A stretch of 64,000 nt of DNA from Eledone cirrhosa (lineage: Eukaryota), in the NCBI GenBank assembly GCA_964016885.1, contig OZ024750.1, forward strand, positions 3,968,001 through 4,032,000, written 5' to 3'. The notes under the pieces were generated by a model that was given only the letters and a program-made list of their open reading frames with translations, made no database searches and was not told the origin of the DNA. Positions 26,446 to 41,192 of this stretch are shown here, one piece after another. Each line of letters begins with the position of its first letter. The first letter of the stretch is position 1. Position numbers and translations under genes: made by a program.

Positions 26446-26465
26446 TCTCTCTCTCTATATATATG

Positions 26466-26506
<41 letters not shown>

Positions 26507-26560
26507 ATACATACATATATATCCCACCCGTCCCTTCAATCTATCTTATTTCTTATTCTT

Positions 26561-26596
26561 TCTTCTGATGAAGGATTAGCGTCCGAAACGTTAAGA
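26561..26596 (+). ncRNA. Minimal type I hammerhead ribozyme, family H1
   Basis: UCUU-CUGAUGA-A-GGAU-UAGC-GUCC-GAAAC-GUU^-AAGA; stem III is the palindrome AACGUU. Confidence 0.75.
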
Positions 26597-26699
26597 CCCT
26601 CTTTCTGCTATTTCAAGCGTTGACCTAATATATCCCTTCCATATACTGTACCGATTGTGTTGTTATTTCTGTTTACCTTTTACACACGCACACACACTC

Positions 26700-26804
<105 letters not shown>

Positions 26805-26818
26805 GCTACTTATATATA

Positions 26819-26993
<175 letters not shown>

Positions 26994-27300
26994 GTATGTA
27001 AATATAACATAAATAAAAAAAAATCAATATACACCACGGGGGAACATTACATATGTATATGGTGGTTAATTATCGCATGTTATTGTGCACAAACGCACGT
27101 GTGTACAAATCTACATACATACCTATATATACATACGTAAGTACAACTGAAGTAAAGTATACTGAAGTAAAACTAAAGTAGAAATATCCAAGAGTAAGAA
27201 CACTCAGTCCATAGGACGAGTTTAGTATAAATTACAACAGTGACATAATCAGGTACTCAAGTTTCGCTGGGTTCTGGGCCCCAAATTTTTCAGCGTGTCA

Positions 27301-27341
<41 letters not shown>

Positions 27342-27854
27342 AAAAATGGAGTGCTGCGTGGTTGCACATGGGTTACATATGAATAAAATTAGTCCTTCAT
27401 CAGTGAGTGATCTTCCAATCTTCATTGGTATTTCAAAATATCATATACCTCTAGTTGGTGCGAGCAATAACTAAATAAAGTTATTAGGACAAGTAAAATA
27501 GTGTGAAGCGAGCGAGACACGTAAACAAACAAAGATGATATTGCAACGGAAAGATAGGAAGAGACAAGTACATGATATCTGTAAGCTTAAGCTTGGTGAA
27601 TTCATGGACGAGAGATATAGACCATCCGACATGGGTGAGATGTGAGCGAGAAAAGGATTTCACACAGGTCAAACGGGAGGAAGTGAGAGAGGGGGAGAAG
27701 CAGAGAGTGAGTGAGTGGAAGGGTGAAGAAGAAGCCAGCTGAGAGAGAGTGTGACTGGCAGAGGGGGTAAAAAGAAGGTGAGAGATACAGAGAGAGGGGA
27801 AGCAGTAAGAAAGAAACAGACAATCGCAGCTGAGGAAAATATTACTTCAAAATA

Positions 27855-27914
<60 letters not shown>

Positions 27915-28201
27915 AATAGTAAAACAATGAACGGTTAATTCATAGTAAAACTCATTATTTTACGATCGTTTCTGGGGGGGTAGTTCCCCGTATGTCCATT
28001 CTATTATTGATCTATGTTTTACTATTTGTATTTTTGACTCTGTATCCAATTAATTATATCGTTGTAAATTTTGTATTTTAAACTTTGCTTCACGACATCT
28101 TCTACATACGAATTACATTGAGTTCTTCATACGGTTTAGACCCTACCATTATTTGATGAATGAACTAAGGAACTTATAAGGGTTGATTGAAAAGTTCATA
28201 G

Positions 28202-28403
28202 ACGAGGTTCGGCTGAAAAGTTTATAGGCTCACCAGGATACTCTCATGAAATGACCAAATGAGGTTTATTTTTCAACATAGTCACTGGAAAGAAAAACAA
28301 TGTAGTTATTAATAAGAAGAGTTGAAATTTATGCATGCAAGATTTCACAGCTCTAACATCACTCCTTTATAGTCAGCCTATGAACCTTTCAGCCACCTTC
28401 GTA
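28202..28403 (-). mobile_element. Mariner-type MITE (~200 bp)
   Basis: TIRs acgaggttcggctgaaaagtttataggct / agcctatgaacctttcagccaccttcgta. Confidence 0.8.
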
Positions 28404-28459
28404 TCAGCCAGACGTGAGTGACCTTTTTCGAGAAGTGGGCCGCATAGGAAGTGGCTCAT

Positions 28460-28498
<39 letters not shown>

Positions 28499-28503
28499 AC
28501 ACG

Positions 28504-28632
<129 letters not shown>

Positions 28633-29114
28633 TCATTTGGTCATTCCATGAGAGTGTCTTGGTCAGCCTATGAACTTTTCAATCGACCCTTATAAGTTCC
28701 TTAGTTCATTCGTCACAGAGCAGGGAATGTGGATCTGTGTTTTAAGTGAATGGAGAGTTTCCCTTGGATATATAAATTCTGTGTTAAACAACAAACATTC
28801 ACAATCTTCATAATTTTTGAGTGCAGAGCTGAGAGTATCTATCTTGGTTTTATTTACTGCTGTGATAACAGCGCTTAACAGTACTTAAACAACTCAAGTG
28901 GCTGGTTTAATGATCTAAGGTAACCACACGTTGTTTGTGGGTTGTTTAGTGCACCATAAACATACCACGGCAGGGCCGAATTAAATCTTTCGAGGCCTCA
29001 AGCATAGAAAAGATTATGGTATCGTGACAGATTTTTTCAGCGTGTACTCCTCTCAAAAACTGGTTATGTTAATCTCCTAAAGTCACATGAAAGGTAACCA
29101 CTCGCATTTGCTAT

Positions 29115-29588
29115 AGACAACTGGGAGGAGATAGCTCTAAATAGGGCTGGGTGGAGAAAGCGCATAAAGGGCAGTTGCAAAACTTTTGAGGAATGTCATC
29201 TAGAACATAAATAACTGAAACGTCAGCTCCGGAAGGGCGGTGCTCATGGTCTTGATGAAGTCATCAGTAGCTGGACATGAAAGTCCTGTCAGTGTGTACC
29301 CCTCTCAAAGGCTGGTTATGTTAATCACCTGAAGTCACATGAAAGGATAACCACCCGCAACACCTCTCAACAAAGACCTGGCGAAACAAAGTGTGTAGAA
29401 CTAGTTCCAGACTAAAAAAAACCCGCATGGTGGTACATAAAGATTGTGTCCCACAGGGTGACACCACCGGTCGTGTGGAAAACACAGCTCTTAACTGTCA
29501 CATGTGTCATAAAACATGCAGATCTACAGCGAGCCTACAAAGTCATCTCCGAAGTCATGGACACAGATGGGATGACCGTGAAGCATCA

Positions 29589-29655
<67 letters not shown>
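29115..29655 (+). mobile_element. RTE-clade LINE 3' end with tandem C-terminal C2H2 fingers, followed by (ATAG)n
   Basis: DNWEEIALNRAGWRKRI...FE... then KAGYVNHLKSH and CHMCHKTCRSTASLQSHLRSH; contains stops and frameshifts. Confidence 0.75.
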
Positions 29656-30050
29656 TGTTCCTTTATTAGCCACAGGGACACAAAAGAAGGGGACAAATAC
29701 AAAGGGGGAAGTTTACATACAATAAAACCGTATAAAATACTATCAAAAATGCAATTTAAAAATAAAAATTAATCGATAGATAGATAGATAGATAGATATG
29801 TGTGTGTCTGTATATATACATATATATATGTAAGTATGTATGTATGTATATATGTATGTATCTATGTGTATGTGTGTGTGGGGGGGGGGATATGTGTGTA
29901 TATGTGTGCATGCGTATATGTGTGGGGGTATGTGAGTTAGTGTGTGTGAGTGAGTGTGTGTATATGAGTGTGTGTTTGTGTGTGTGTATGTATGTATATG
30001 TGTATGTGTATGTGTGTATGTGTGTATATATGTGTGTATGTATGCATGTA

Positions 30051-30136
<86 letters not shown>

Positions 30137-30931
30137 TATGTATATATGTATGTGTAAGTATGTGTACGTTGTCACGAGAACACAGCAACCATTACACATC
30201 AAACAGGAACATGTTCTTACTTGAACATTCAACTGAATATAAAACTAAAGAAACTCCAAGTATTTCTTACGATTGTGAGTCATATTAACTTGAACTTTCA
30301 CATATCTTCTTTATAGTAATACAAAGCTTATTTGGATTGGCAGAATCGGTAGAGGGTCGGACGCCATGCTTTGACGCATAGAGTTACGGCCCTTGCCACT
30401 CTGAGTTCAAATCCCGCCAAGGTTAACTTTACCTTTCATCCTTACGGGGAAGGTCGATTAAATAAAGTACCAGTAATATACTGGGATAATTGCTAGCCTT
30501 GTGCCAAAAGTAGAAACAATTAACTTTAACTTACAGATATCTTCTTTATAGTAATATGTTATGATTTGGTATTAATAAGATACTAAAGGGCGGTGGATTG
30601 GCAGTAATCGGTAGAGCGTCGGACATGTGGCATAGAGTTATGTCCCCTTACCTCCTGAGTTCAAATCCCACGCCATGCCTTGCAGTTTGGAGTTAGGGCC
30701 CTTTACTGTCTGAGTTCAAATCTCGTCGAGGTTAACTTTGCGCCTTTCATCCTTACGGCGTCGATAAATAAAGTACCAGTAATGCACTGGGTAATTGCTG
30801 ACCTTGTGCCTTAAGTAGAAACATGACTTAGTTTCGAAGATTCACTCACAGAAAACTAATCTGTTTGTGCTTGTTTAAAGCATGATTTTTAACTCTACAA
30901 AATACTTCAGCAATACTGGTATAGTGACTGC

Positions 30932-31005
<74 letters not shown>

Positions 31006-31035
31006 CTCTCTCTCTCTCTCTCTCTCCTCCTCCTC

Positions 31036-31099
<64 letters not shown>

Positions 31100-32563
31100 T
31101 TCTCTTTCTTTCTCTCCCTCTCTCTCTCTTAATTTATCTATCTATCTATCTATCAGTCTCTCTCTCTCTCAGTCTCTCTCTCATTCTCTCTCTCTCTCTC
31201 TCCCTCCCTCTCTCTCTCTCTCTCCCCATCTCTCGCTATTATAAGCAAATGGGGGCCCACGCTTTGGCCGCCCCGCGACCTCGGGGGACAGAATAGAAAA
31301 GGCGTTTTTCTACGGAGGATAGTGAGGGAGACGCGTTGGAAGATACATTCCAGCTCGCGAGGTTCTCACCTGCGGGTAGCCAACTCCATGCCCATGGTGG
31401 TAAGTAGGGAGGTGGTCCTAGGGCCAAGAACGCCAGAAGTATCCGCTGCTGTGGGTAGCCAACTCCGTGCCGATGGTGGTGAACAGAGAGGTGGTTCTAG
31501 GGCCAAGGACACCAGAAGTCTTTACTGCTATTGTTAATTATTCGCCATGTTGAGTTTAACTTCCATCTGCCTGAAATAAGCAGTGGGAAGCCACGTCAGA
31601 TATATACTGAAGTGTGCAAAATCACTGTTACTTTAATGATCGCCCTTTCATTTTCACTAAAACATGAAAATAGTATATGACAGACATAAAGCGGTCTATT
31701 AAAAATAAAAATTAAAATTAAGTCTTAGCTTAACTCCCATGTTATATCATAGAGTTATCTCCCTTATATCTTAGATTAAATAATTACATTGGAATAATTA
31801 TCTCCCTTACATTTTTCATTTTTTTTTTAGGGGGGAGGGGGGGGGCTAAGGGAAATAATTATAACAGTTTCAAAGCAAATTTTTTTTTTTTAAACACCAA
31901 AATGAAAAATAAGTAAAGTCGACACCCACCGTTAAGATTTAAAGTATGAAATAACTTGAATATGTTACTTAAGCTTATGTTGATATTGTCACCAGCCATG
32001 GTTTCTCGTGGCAATATTAACATGGCGGTGGATTGTTCGTATCGGTAGATGGTCGGACGCCATGCTTTGCAGCATAGAGCTACGGCCCTTTATGGTCTGA
32101 GTACAAATGCCGCCGAGGTTAACTTTGCCTTTCATCCTTACGGGGGTCGATAAAATAAAATACCAGTAATACACTGGGATAATTGCTGGCCTTGTGCCCA
32201 AAATAGAAACAAATATTAACATAAGTTATAGTAATCTATGGATGTTAGGGGTAGACTTAATCCGTCACCCGTATAACACCGCTACCTGGTCCTTGTCTGC
32301 TTTCAGCGGAGTTCCCTTTGTTGCAAGCATTTGGACCAGGCCTCTGAGGATACAAGTTCTTTGCATATCTCCTTTTAATATTTTTCTTTTTTTCGGGTAG
32401 CATATGTTAAAATATACGCTACCCTTCTCAATACACACAATTCGATATCGGCCACCAACATTTCCAATCGCTCACCATTTTACAGACCTACAAAGCTACA
32501 CCTAGAGGGCTGCCTCAATAACTGAGATGGGTTTCTGGGAGAAGGAACTGTCTAAATGTGTAG

Positions 32564-33154
32564 TTGAATAAAGGAATTATTGAATAAAGGAATTATTGAA
32601 TAAAGGAATTATTGAATAAAGGAATTATTGAATAAAGGAATTATTGAATAAAGGAATTATTGAATAAAGGAATTATTGAATAAAGGAATTATTGAATAAA
32701 GGAATTATTGAATAAAGGAATTATTGAATAAAGGAATTATTGAATAAAGGAATTATTGAATAAAGGAATTATTGAATAAAGGAATTATTGAATAAAGGAA
32801 TTATTGAATAAAGGAATTATTGAATAAAGGAATTATTGAATACAGGAATTATTGAATAAAGGAATTATTGAATAAAGGAATTATTGAATAAAGGAATTAT
32901 TGAATAAAGCAATTATTGAATAAAGGAATTATTGAATAAAGGAATTATTGAATAAAGCAATTATTGAATAAAGCAATTATTGAATAAAGGAATTATTGAA
33001 TAAAGGAATTATTGAATAAAGCAATTATTGAATAAAGGAATTATTGAATAAAGGAATTATTGAATAAAGGAATTATTGAATAAAGGAATTATTGAATAAA
33101 GCAATTATTGAATAAAGGAATTATTGAATAAAGGAATTATTGAATAAAGGAATT
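32564..33154. repeat. 16-bp satellite (TTGAATAAAGGAATTA) x~37
   Basis: Seen directly. Confidence 0.97.
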
Positions 33155-34379
33155 GGTGACGAAGAAGTGGGTGGGTGGGGGGTAGATAGATTTAATATAA
33201 GTAAAGGTAAAGGAAGGGTAGTAAGAGTGGGGGGGGGGAGACAAGACAGAGACTGTGATTGAGAGAGAGGAAATAGTAAGGGTTTCGATAGAAGGAATGA
33301 GGGAGAGGGTGAGAGGGGGAATAGAGAGAGGGGAGGGATAGTGAGAGCGGTAGAAAGAGGGAGAGGGACAAGGAGAGAGAGTGGAAGGGAGGAGACGGTG
33401 GGAGATAGGGTGAGAGAAAGGGAGAGAGAGGGAGAGAGGGGGAGGGATAAAGTGAAAGAGGTAGAAAGAGAGGGAGAGACAGGGAGATGTGTGTCTATGT
33501 GTGTGTATGTGTGTGTGTATGTGTGTGTGTATGCTTGTGTGTGTATGTGTGTTTATATGTTTGTGTCTTTATGTTTGTGTATGTGTGTATGTGTGTTTAT
33601 GTGTGTGTATGTTTGTGTATGTGTTCATGTGTATGAATGTATGTGTGTTTATGTGTATGTATGAATGTATGTATATGTTTCTATGTTATTAGTATATATT
33701 ATACCCTATCGTTTCAACCATCTTGCCAGTCAATCCTAAAATACTATCTATTATTTAAGTAAACCACTTAAACTTCAAATCTCATTCGTCTGATAATGTT
33801 TCCTTCTTCGTACTTGTCTTTGGGAGGGATCTAGAAACAAGGAATTATTTGCTGCCGTGGCACAGTTTCAATGCTTTCTTTCAAACCGGATTTGTTGAAG
33901 AAAAAATTAATGAAGTCGTTGAGAGACTTGTAAATACTTAACATTCTTTCTCGTTAAACAAATTTCAACTTGTTTATCTGACATTAAGATAAGTGAACAT
34001 GAAATAATGATAAGGAAAGGAGAATGGTAAATGACAGTTAGTGTTGCAAGAAGCTCCGTTAGCGAGATGTTGGGGTGCGGGATTATCGAGTGAATTACTG
34101 GTATTTTGTCTGAAACCACTGAGTTTAAGATACACCTGTAGTCAAATTGTTGTTTACTATCCTCACTTCCGCTTCACAGACTATAAATAGATCTGCTCTG
34201 GGCCTATGTGAGGGGGTCCAGTCGGTACATTGTTCCGGGGCCCAAGAACTAAAAAGGCCCCATAGTAACCATGCAACATCCATTTTGAGAAAAATCTTTG
34301 CCTGCTTCGGGCCTCAAAGGGGTATTGTACTGCCTTGCAACATTTCTCTTCAAGGCCCTGGTTCTGCTTGAAAAAGCTG

Positions 34380-34760
34380 GAGTACTGGAGGCCGACCAGT
34401 TGAAATTATCTTCCACGACATTCATTCGGCAATTCTGATTTGTGAAAGAACGACCTCGAGAAGAACTTGTCCTAATCTGACGGCGTTAATATCAGCTAAG
34501 ACACAAAAGGTTTCGAGATCTCCGTCGGGAACATACTGCCAACGTTTCACCATATGCAGGTGACACTGAAGGGAGATGACTTCATCCTTGGTTCACTGAT
34601 ATTCCTACTTGCTGTCATATCGACACTCGAGACACTCGTCAACAAACTACACTTGATTGGCAAACATTCCACCGTCATCTTTTTGAAGAATTGCTTTACC
34701 ATACAGAAGCTTCTATAAGCCTTCCACAGCACCTCTGCTACACATCCTTAAACAACATCC
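34380..34760 (+). pseudogene. Degenerate reverse-transcriptase fragment of a CRE-like retrotransposon
   Basis: GGRPVEIIFHDI... then ILGSLIF...LETLVNKLHLI..HSTVIFLKNCFTIQKLL, resembling the post-YLDD/thumb region (LG.PI...LL.NCF.IPKL) of CRE-type RTs. Confidence 0.5.
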
Positions 34761-35134
34761 AAGGTAACTCACCAACACACTCCAGCATCTGGTCCTTAGG
34801 CGTCTGGTTCCTATTCCTGTATATGTTATTGTAGGAGATGTCAGAAGATTAGCAAAATTGTAAACCAAACAGAAAAAAAAAATAGTTAGCAGGAAATCTG
34901 GAATTAAATAATAATTTCTAGGCGAGAATTTACGAAAACTAGTAAAATAGTAAAGGAAAAAACAAAGAAAGCAAATTCGTGTATTATTTAGATTTCTAAA
35001 ACAAATGAGAAATTGTGGAAAGTTAAAAAATAAGAAGACAAGAATAGAAAATAAAAAGAAATGTGAACATTGATATGTAGATTAACAAGAGGGAAGACTG
35101 TATTTACAAGATAGTAGGTCATTGAGAGAGTACT

Positions 35135-35191
<57 letters not shown>

Positions 35192-35693
35192 TGTGAGAGA
35201 GAGAGAACTGAGAGAGAGAGGGGAGACAGAGAGAGGGAAAAAGAGAGAGTGAGAGAAAGAGAGAGAAAGTAAAAGAGAATTGGGACGAGAGAAAAGGGGA
35301 GAGAAAGTGTATGAGAGAGAAAAAATGACAGTGGTGAGTGGATAAAGAGTCTGTTATATAGAGAGAAAGGGGTCCAAATATAGAGACGACCTAGTTAAGA
35401 TTGTTTTTAGAAACACTCCACTATTGGAACTAAACATATAAAAAAAAAGTTATGTATAAAGTCTTGGATACAGAGATATATAAGGAAATGTAATGGCATA
35501 CATTCTAACATAAAATGTGTTGAGAACTTGGCTCTTTAAATTCTGAGTTCAAATCCTGCCGAGAACCACATGCCCATATTATCGGAGTTGTGATCTCTCA
35601 ATTCGGAGAAGTAGAGGTTCTACCTGGAATGACTCTCTCATCTCCGAGCTATGTAACCTCTCGAATAACGTTACTCCAAAGACCTTTCAGAGG

Positions 35694-36110
35694 CAGGGCC
35701 GGATTTAATGAAGGGATCAAAGAGCGCAATTGCCATGGGCCCCTGTGTTGGGTTGCAGGCAAAGTTAAGGTCCGTGCAGGGTTCGATTTAATGGGATGGG
35801 ACAAAGGAGGCAATTGCCCCGGGTCTCCTGCAATGTGGGGTGAGGTGGGCACCAGCGATGCTCGTAGCAATTTATTTGTGCCCTCGGCTGGGCTTCTTAG
35901 TTTTAGAATGGTTAGAATTCTTTAATTTAATACCTGTATGTATAACTTTTCAATTCCAATTACTTGCATCAAGGTAACTTTGATATGTAAGATTGGGGGG
36001 GTTTGTTGTGTATTCTAATATTTTGTGTAGGAGCCCCCCCCCCCACACACACACACAAAACCCCCAAAACTAAAGTGCCCCGGGGCCCCTAAGGTCTAAA
36101 TCCAATCCTG
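35694..36110 (+). mobile_element. hAT (Ac-like) MITE inserted into an RTE fragment
   Basis: TIRs cagggccggattta / taaatccaatcctg; 8-bp TSD ttcagagg / ttcggagg. Flanks join on the - strand to MTERIRS.IQATEI...GVTL...EPLLLRIERSQLR.YGHVV. Confidence 0.8.
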
Positions 36111-37244
36111 TTCGGAGGATCCCAATTTCAGTCGCTTGTATTCACGATCGTATTCTTTCAGTCATTTTCCTGACTATTGTAACAGTTCCAAGAACCAGAC
36201 TAATGAAATAGTTTGGCACTGATTCTGTCTGAAGATTATGGTAAAGTGTACAAGTACCTACACAGAATGTTCTGTCAGTTACTTAACACTGACTTTTAAT
36301 AATCCTCGTACTGCTAAACTCCTCCACAAGATCGGAACTTCAGCAACCCGTCTGAGGAAGGAGCCGTGCGAGGTGGAGTGGCTGTTGCAGCGGGTGTCGC
36401 TGGCCATTGTCCGCGGAAATGCTTTTGCAGTTTTGTCCGCGGGGTGCAACCCCAACACCACCGCGCCTTGGGCCCAGAGCTCATCAACTTCTCCCCTTCT
36501 ACTTCCTTTTCTTCTGTGACCTCAGAGTCCTTGCTTTTCCCCTCCCTTTCCTCTCATTTATAGCTTTTATAGTCCATTATTTCTCTACCTTGCTTTGCAG
36601 CATAGAGTTACGGCCTTTTATGATCTGAGCTCAAATCCCGCTGAGGTTAACTTTGCCTTTCATCATTACGGGGGTCAATAAAATAAAGTACCAGTAATAC
36701 ACTGAGATAATTGCTGTGTGCCAAAAGAAGAAACAATTATTTCTCTACTTTCCTACACAGCCAGATCTGCCCTTCTTTACCCCTTCCCCATATGCAATGT
36801 TATTTATACAATTGTAAATAAATTCTTGTTAAATAAGTTATGTAGGATTGTTGATTAAAACAACTGGAATACTTATCTTGAGACAGACGCCAGGATTATT
36901 TACTCGCCCAGATAACCATTCCATCAGCAAGAATTGGAAATAAAATATTGCCAAAATAAAATATAAATGTCTGGGAGTTGATTCATACTTTTCTATATCT
37001 ATGTACATTTGGTGTACATAGATATGGTGAACATTTGGTGTGGACGGACTGGTTGGCTTGGTAAATATTTGTTTTCTTCTTCTTCTTCTTCTTCTTCTTC
37101 TTCTTCTTCTTCTTCTTCTTCTTCTTCTACTTCTTCTCCCCCCCCCCCCCCTCATCCTTCTTTCTCTGCTGTTCTTATTATATTTCCTAACGCAAGATTT
37201 GCAATAATATCTATAATGAGTCAATTAAGACAACATAAAAAAAG

Positions 37245-37284
<40 letters not shown>

Positions 37285-37345
37285 AAACAACAACAACAAC
37301 AAACGAAATGACAAGCAAAGTATAAAAACGAAAACGAAAGAGAGC

Positions 37346-37386
<41 letters not shown>

Positions 37387-37522
37387 ATTATGAAGAAGAA
37401 ATAAAACTGTGAAGAGAAGCCAAATAAATTTCTTGTGTTCACCATTTACGTAATTGCTGGAACCTATAGCAACCGACCCAACAGAAATAATACAAGATAT
37501 TGTACAAGAGAAATATAGTCTT

Positions 37523-37591
<69 letters not shown>

Positions 37592-37659
37592 CTATCTCTA
37601 TCGCTATCTCTATCTCTCTCCCTCATTTTCCGTCTCACACGCTCTCTCTTTCTCTCTTT

Positions 37660-37741
<82 letters not shown>

Positions 37742-38080
37742 AGTTCCTATTGTTGCTATCAGCGATGAGTCTCTTTGCTCTAGAATCCTCTCTTGTTTGT
37801 TTCAGTAGTCATTTGCCATTTCTTTTTAAGGATTTTGAATCATGAAGGATTTTGTCACTTCTGCCCCTATTCATCCTTCGTGTCATGCTTTGGGTTAAAC
37901 TGGTTTGTTGGATAACAGAATGTTGAGATGCTTCTTGAAATCATCTACATCCACCCCATGTAGATCTGTCAGATTTCATTAAAGAGCTGCGGACTAGTGC
38001 CAAATTATTAAATGGCTCTAGTAGCCCTTGAGAAATTATATTCAGTGGACATTCACTGATGAGACTGCAATTGGTTAGAG

Positions 38081-38375
38081 AAGGGTTTCCAACCTGTGTG
38101 ATATCGCCCACCAGTGGACGATATCAACTCACGAGTGGGCAATGAGCAATTGAACGGAAAATGGTGAGCGATTGGAAATTTTGGTGGATAATATATGATT
38201 TTGAGTATTAAGAAGGTATTTTGACATATGCTACCCGAAAAACAATATTCACGATAGATATGCAAAGAACCTGTATAAAAAACAGGAGGCTAAATGTTTG
38301 GTATGCTTTACAGGGGGTGGTAGAAAGATTTCCATGTGAAAGTGGGCGATGGCACAAAAAGGTTGGGAACTTCTG
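38081..38375 (+). mobile_element. hAT (Charlie-like) MITE
   Basis: Ends aagggtttccaacct / aggttgggaacttctg; 8-bp TSD ggttagag / gtttagag. Confidence 0.6.
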
Positions 38376-38434
38376 GTTTAGAGCTTCCATTTACAACATT
38401 GCTAGAGAGTCCACTGTGAATTGTTTTAACATCA

Positions 38435-38684
38435 ACAGAACAACTGGGGATATCTCACAACAGAACAACTGAGGATATCTCACAACAGAATAACTAGAGG
38501 ACGTCTCACAACAGAACAACTAGAGACGTCTCACAACAGAACAACTGAGGATATCTCACAACAGAATAGCTAGAGACGTCTCACAACAGAACAACTGAGG
38601 ATATCTCACAACAGAACAACTGAGGATATCTCACAACAGAATAACTAGAGACGTCTCACAACAGAATAACAGAGGATATCTCAC
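38435..38684. repeat. ~25-bp tandem repeat (gatatctcacaacagaacaactgag)
   Basis: Seen directly, ~9 copies. Confidence 0.9.
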
Positions 38685-38958
38685 ATACATACGTACATAC
38701 ATATAAACATCCTTACATATATATATATACATACACATATACATACATACATATATACATGCATATATACATACTTACATATGTATATACATACATATAT
38801 ACATACATATATACATACATATATATACATCCTAATATATATACATACATAATATACATCCCTTATATATATACATACATATATATACATCCTTATATAT
38901 ATACATACATATATATACATCCTTATATATATACATACATATATATTTCTTTACATAT

Positions 38959-39041
<83 letters not shown>

Positions 39042-39113
39042 CATACATATATATATATACATATATACACATACATACATGAATAGATACATAGAGACAC
39101 ATACATACAGAGA

Positions 39114-39243
<130 letters not shown>

Positions 39244-39584
39244 TGTGATGTGCGTGTTTTGACATACATACACATAAAAACATGTGTATACATATGTGTG
39301 TGTTACGATTTCCATCTAGTCTGGTACACAGTCTTCACTGTAAACACAACATCCTAAATTCCTTATCTCTCGTTGTTGACCTTCAAAATCGCTTCATTTC
39401 CACTTCCGGTTCTATGTGGACTTTATGGCATAATTAATGTTTGTACTTCTAAATCATTGCAGGCTAAAATCTAACATTTATTGTCTACAAGCTTGAAAAT
39501 AAAGTTCTATATAGGTTTAAAATTATATAGTCAAGAATAATACATCTAAGAATTTAATTATTGCAGCTAGAATCTAATATTTGT

Positions 39585-39677
<93 letters not shown>

Positions 39678-40122
39678 GGATACTATTTATGGTTATGTAT
39701 ATACTAAAACTTTTTATAGTTATGTATATTTTAAACCCTAAACATTGAAGGTCAGTAATTTATTACTACCTTATTACCAGTAAGATAAATAGCTCAATGT
39801 AATAACATCAGTTGTTCTACAGAGCAGTTATATAGAATTCACAAGAATCAAAGCTATGTTCAAAGCATTTATTCACTTACAATTGTTTCATCCAAACCTA
39901 GGCTTGGAGTCTTCGGAGCATTTTTCAATATTTGTACACATAATTGACCTCCTTTCCAACGCAAGAGACATACAGATACATATATATATATTGATGTACA
40001 GTGGAGTGACATATATTATACTATATTATTTCTGTATAGCAATTCAAAATCAAAATCAAAATCAAAATTAAAATTAAAACAAAATTAAAATACATTCGGC
40101 AGTTAACACAGATAATGCAAGA

Positions 40123-40192
<70 letters not shown>

Positions 40193-40558
40193 ATATATAT
40201 ATATATAGGAAAAGAATCAGGACCCCGACGGCTAAGCTCCGGCCGTTTCGACAGCTAGATCCTATTACCCACTCTACAACCCTAAGTATCGAATACTCTG
40301 GTGCGTTATGGTCCACCTGGTATCTTACCACACTTTATTTCTTTCTTATATATATATATATATATATAGTAACAATAATAAATTTGAAGACTAAAATCCA
40401 AAGGGGGCTCGATAAGGATAAATATATATCAAATATATAAGAACCGTAGAGCAAATATTTATTAAAATAACAGCGATTCTTTGCTTAAACTTTAATCTGT
40501 TATTTTAATAAATATATACGATATTAATAAGGGGAAACTATATTTATAAAACCATATT

Positions 40559-40623
40559 TATTTCATTATACATATTTCAAGGACACCAAGTTAAATTATG
40601 GTGTGCTTTCATCAGATAAAATA
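40559..40623 (-). ncRNA. Type I hammerhead ribozyme motif, family H4
   Basis: UAUUUUAU-CUGAUGA-AAG C ACACCA..UGGUGU C CUU-GAAAUA-UG-UAUA^-AUGAAAUA. Confidence 0.7.
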
Positions 40624-40714
40624 TAATATAGAACAGTTTTATAAATAAATATTGACATACCCTTAAAGAATGCAACCATTACTGTTGGAAGCTCCCGGAT
40701 AGCTTCCAGAGAAG

Positions 40715-40768
<54 letters not shown>

Positions 40769-40889
40769 GGAGGTGAGTTTTATTGTAGTACAATAAAGCA
40801 ATGCAGATATCGGATAAGAAGCACTCTACAGTTTGTAGGACTGGAGTATACATAATATAAGATCAAAAGATGGTTAAAGGAGTTCCATG

Positions 40890-40960
40890 TATTTTATTAT
40901 GCGCATTTCAAAAACAAACATCATCAAGCAATAATATTTGTGTTTTCATCAGATAAAACA
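40890..40960 (-). ncRNA. Type I hammerhead motif (H4-related), left arm of the 350-bp palindrome
   Basis: Reverse complement of 41092-41162. Confidence 0.7.
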
Positions 40961-41091
40961 GGAGAACAAGATATGAAGGCTAAAAAACACTTGTGGATAG
41001 TGCAGTTTTAAATTAACATATTAAATTAACATATGTTAATTTAAAACTGCACTATCCACAAGTGTTTTTTAGCCTTCATATTATGTTCTCC

Positions 41092-41162
41092 TGTTTTATC
41101 TGATGAAAACACAAATATTATTGCTTGATGATGTTTGTTTTTGAAATGCGCATAATAAAATA
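41092..41162 (+). ncRNA. Type I hammerhead motif (H4-related), right arm of the 350-bp palindrome
   Basis: UGUUUUAU-CUGAUGA-AAA C ACAAAUAUUAU..AUGAUGUUUGU U UUU-GAAAUGCGCAUA^-AUAAAAUA; stem III is the palindrome AUGCGCAU. Confidence 0.72.
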
Positions 41163-41192
41163 CATGGAACTCCTTTAACCATCTTTTGATCT

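Noticed and set aside
38054-38085. CTGATGAGAC...GTT as a hammerhead
   Set aside because: GAAA absent; adjacent sequence is a hAT MITE end.
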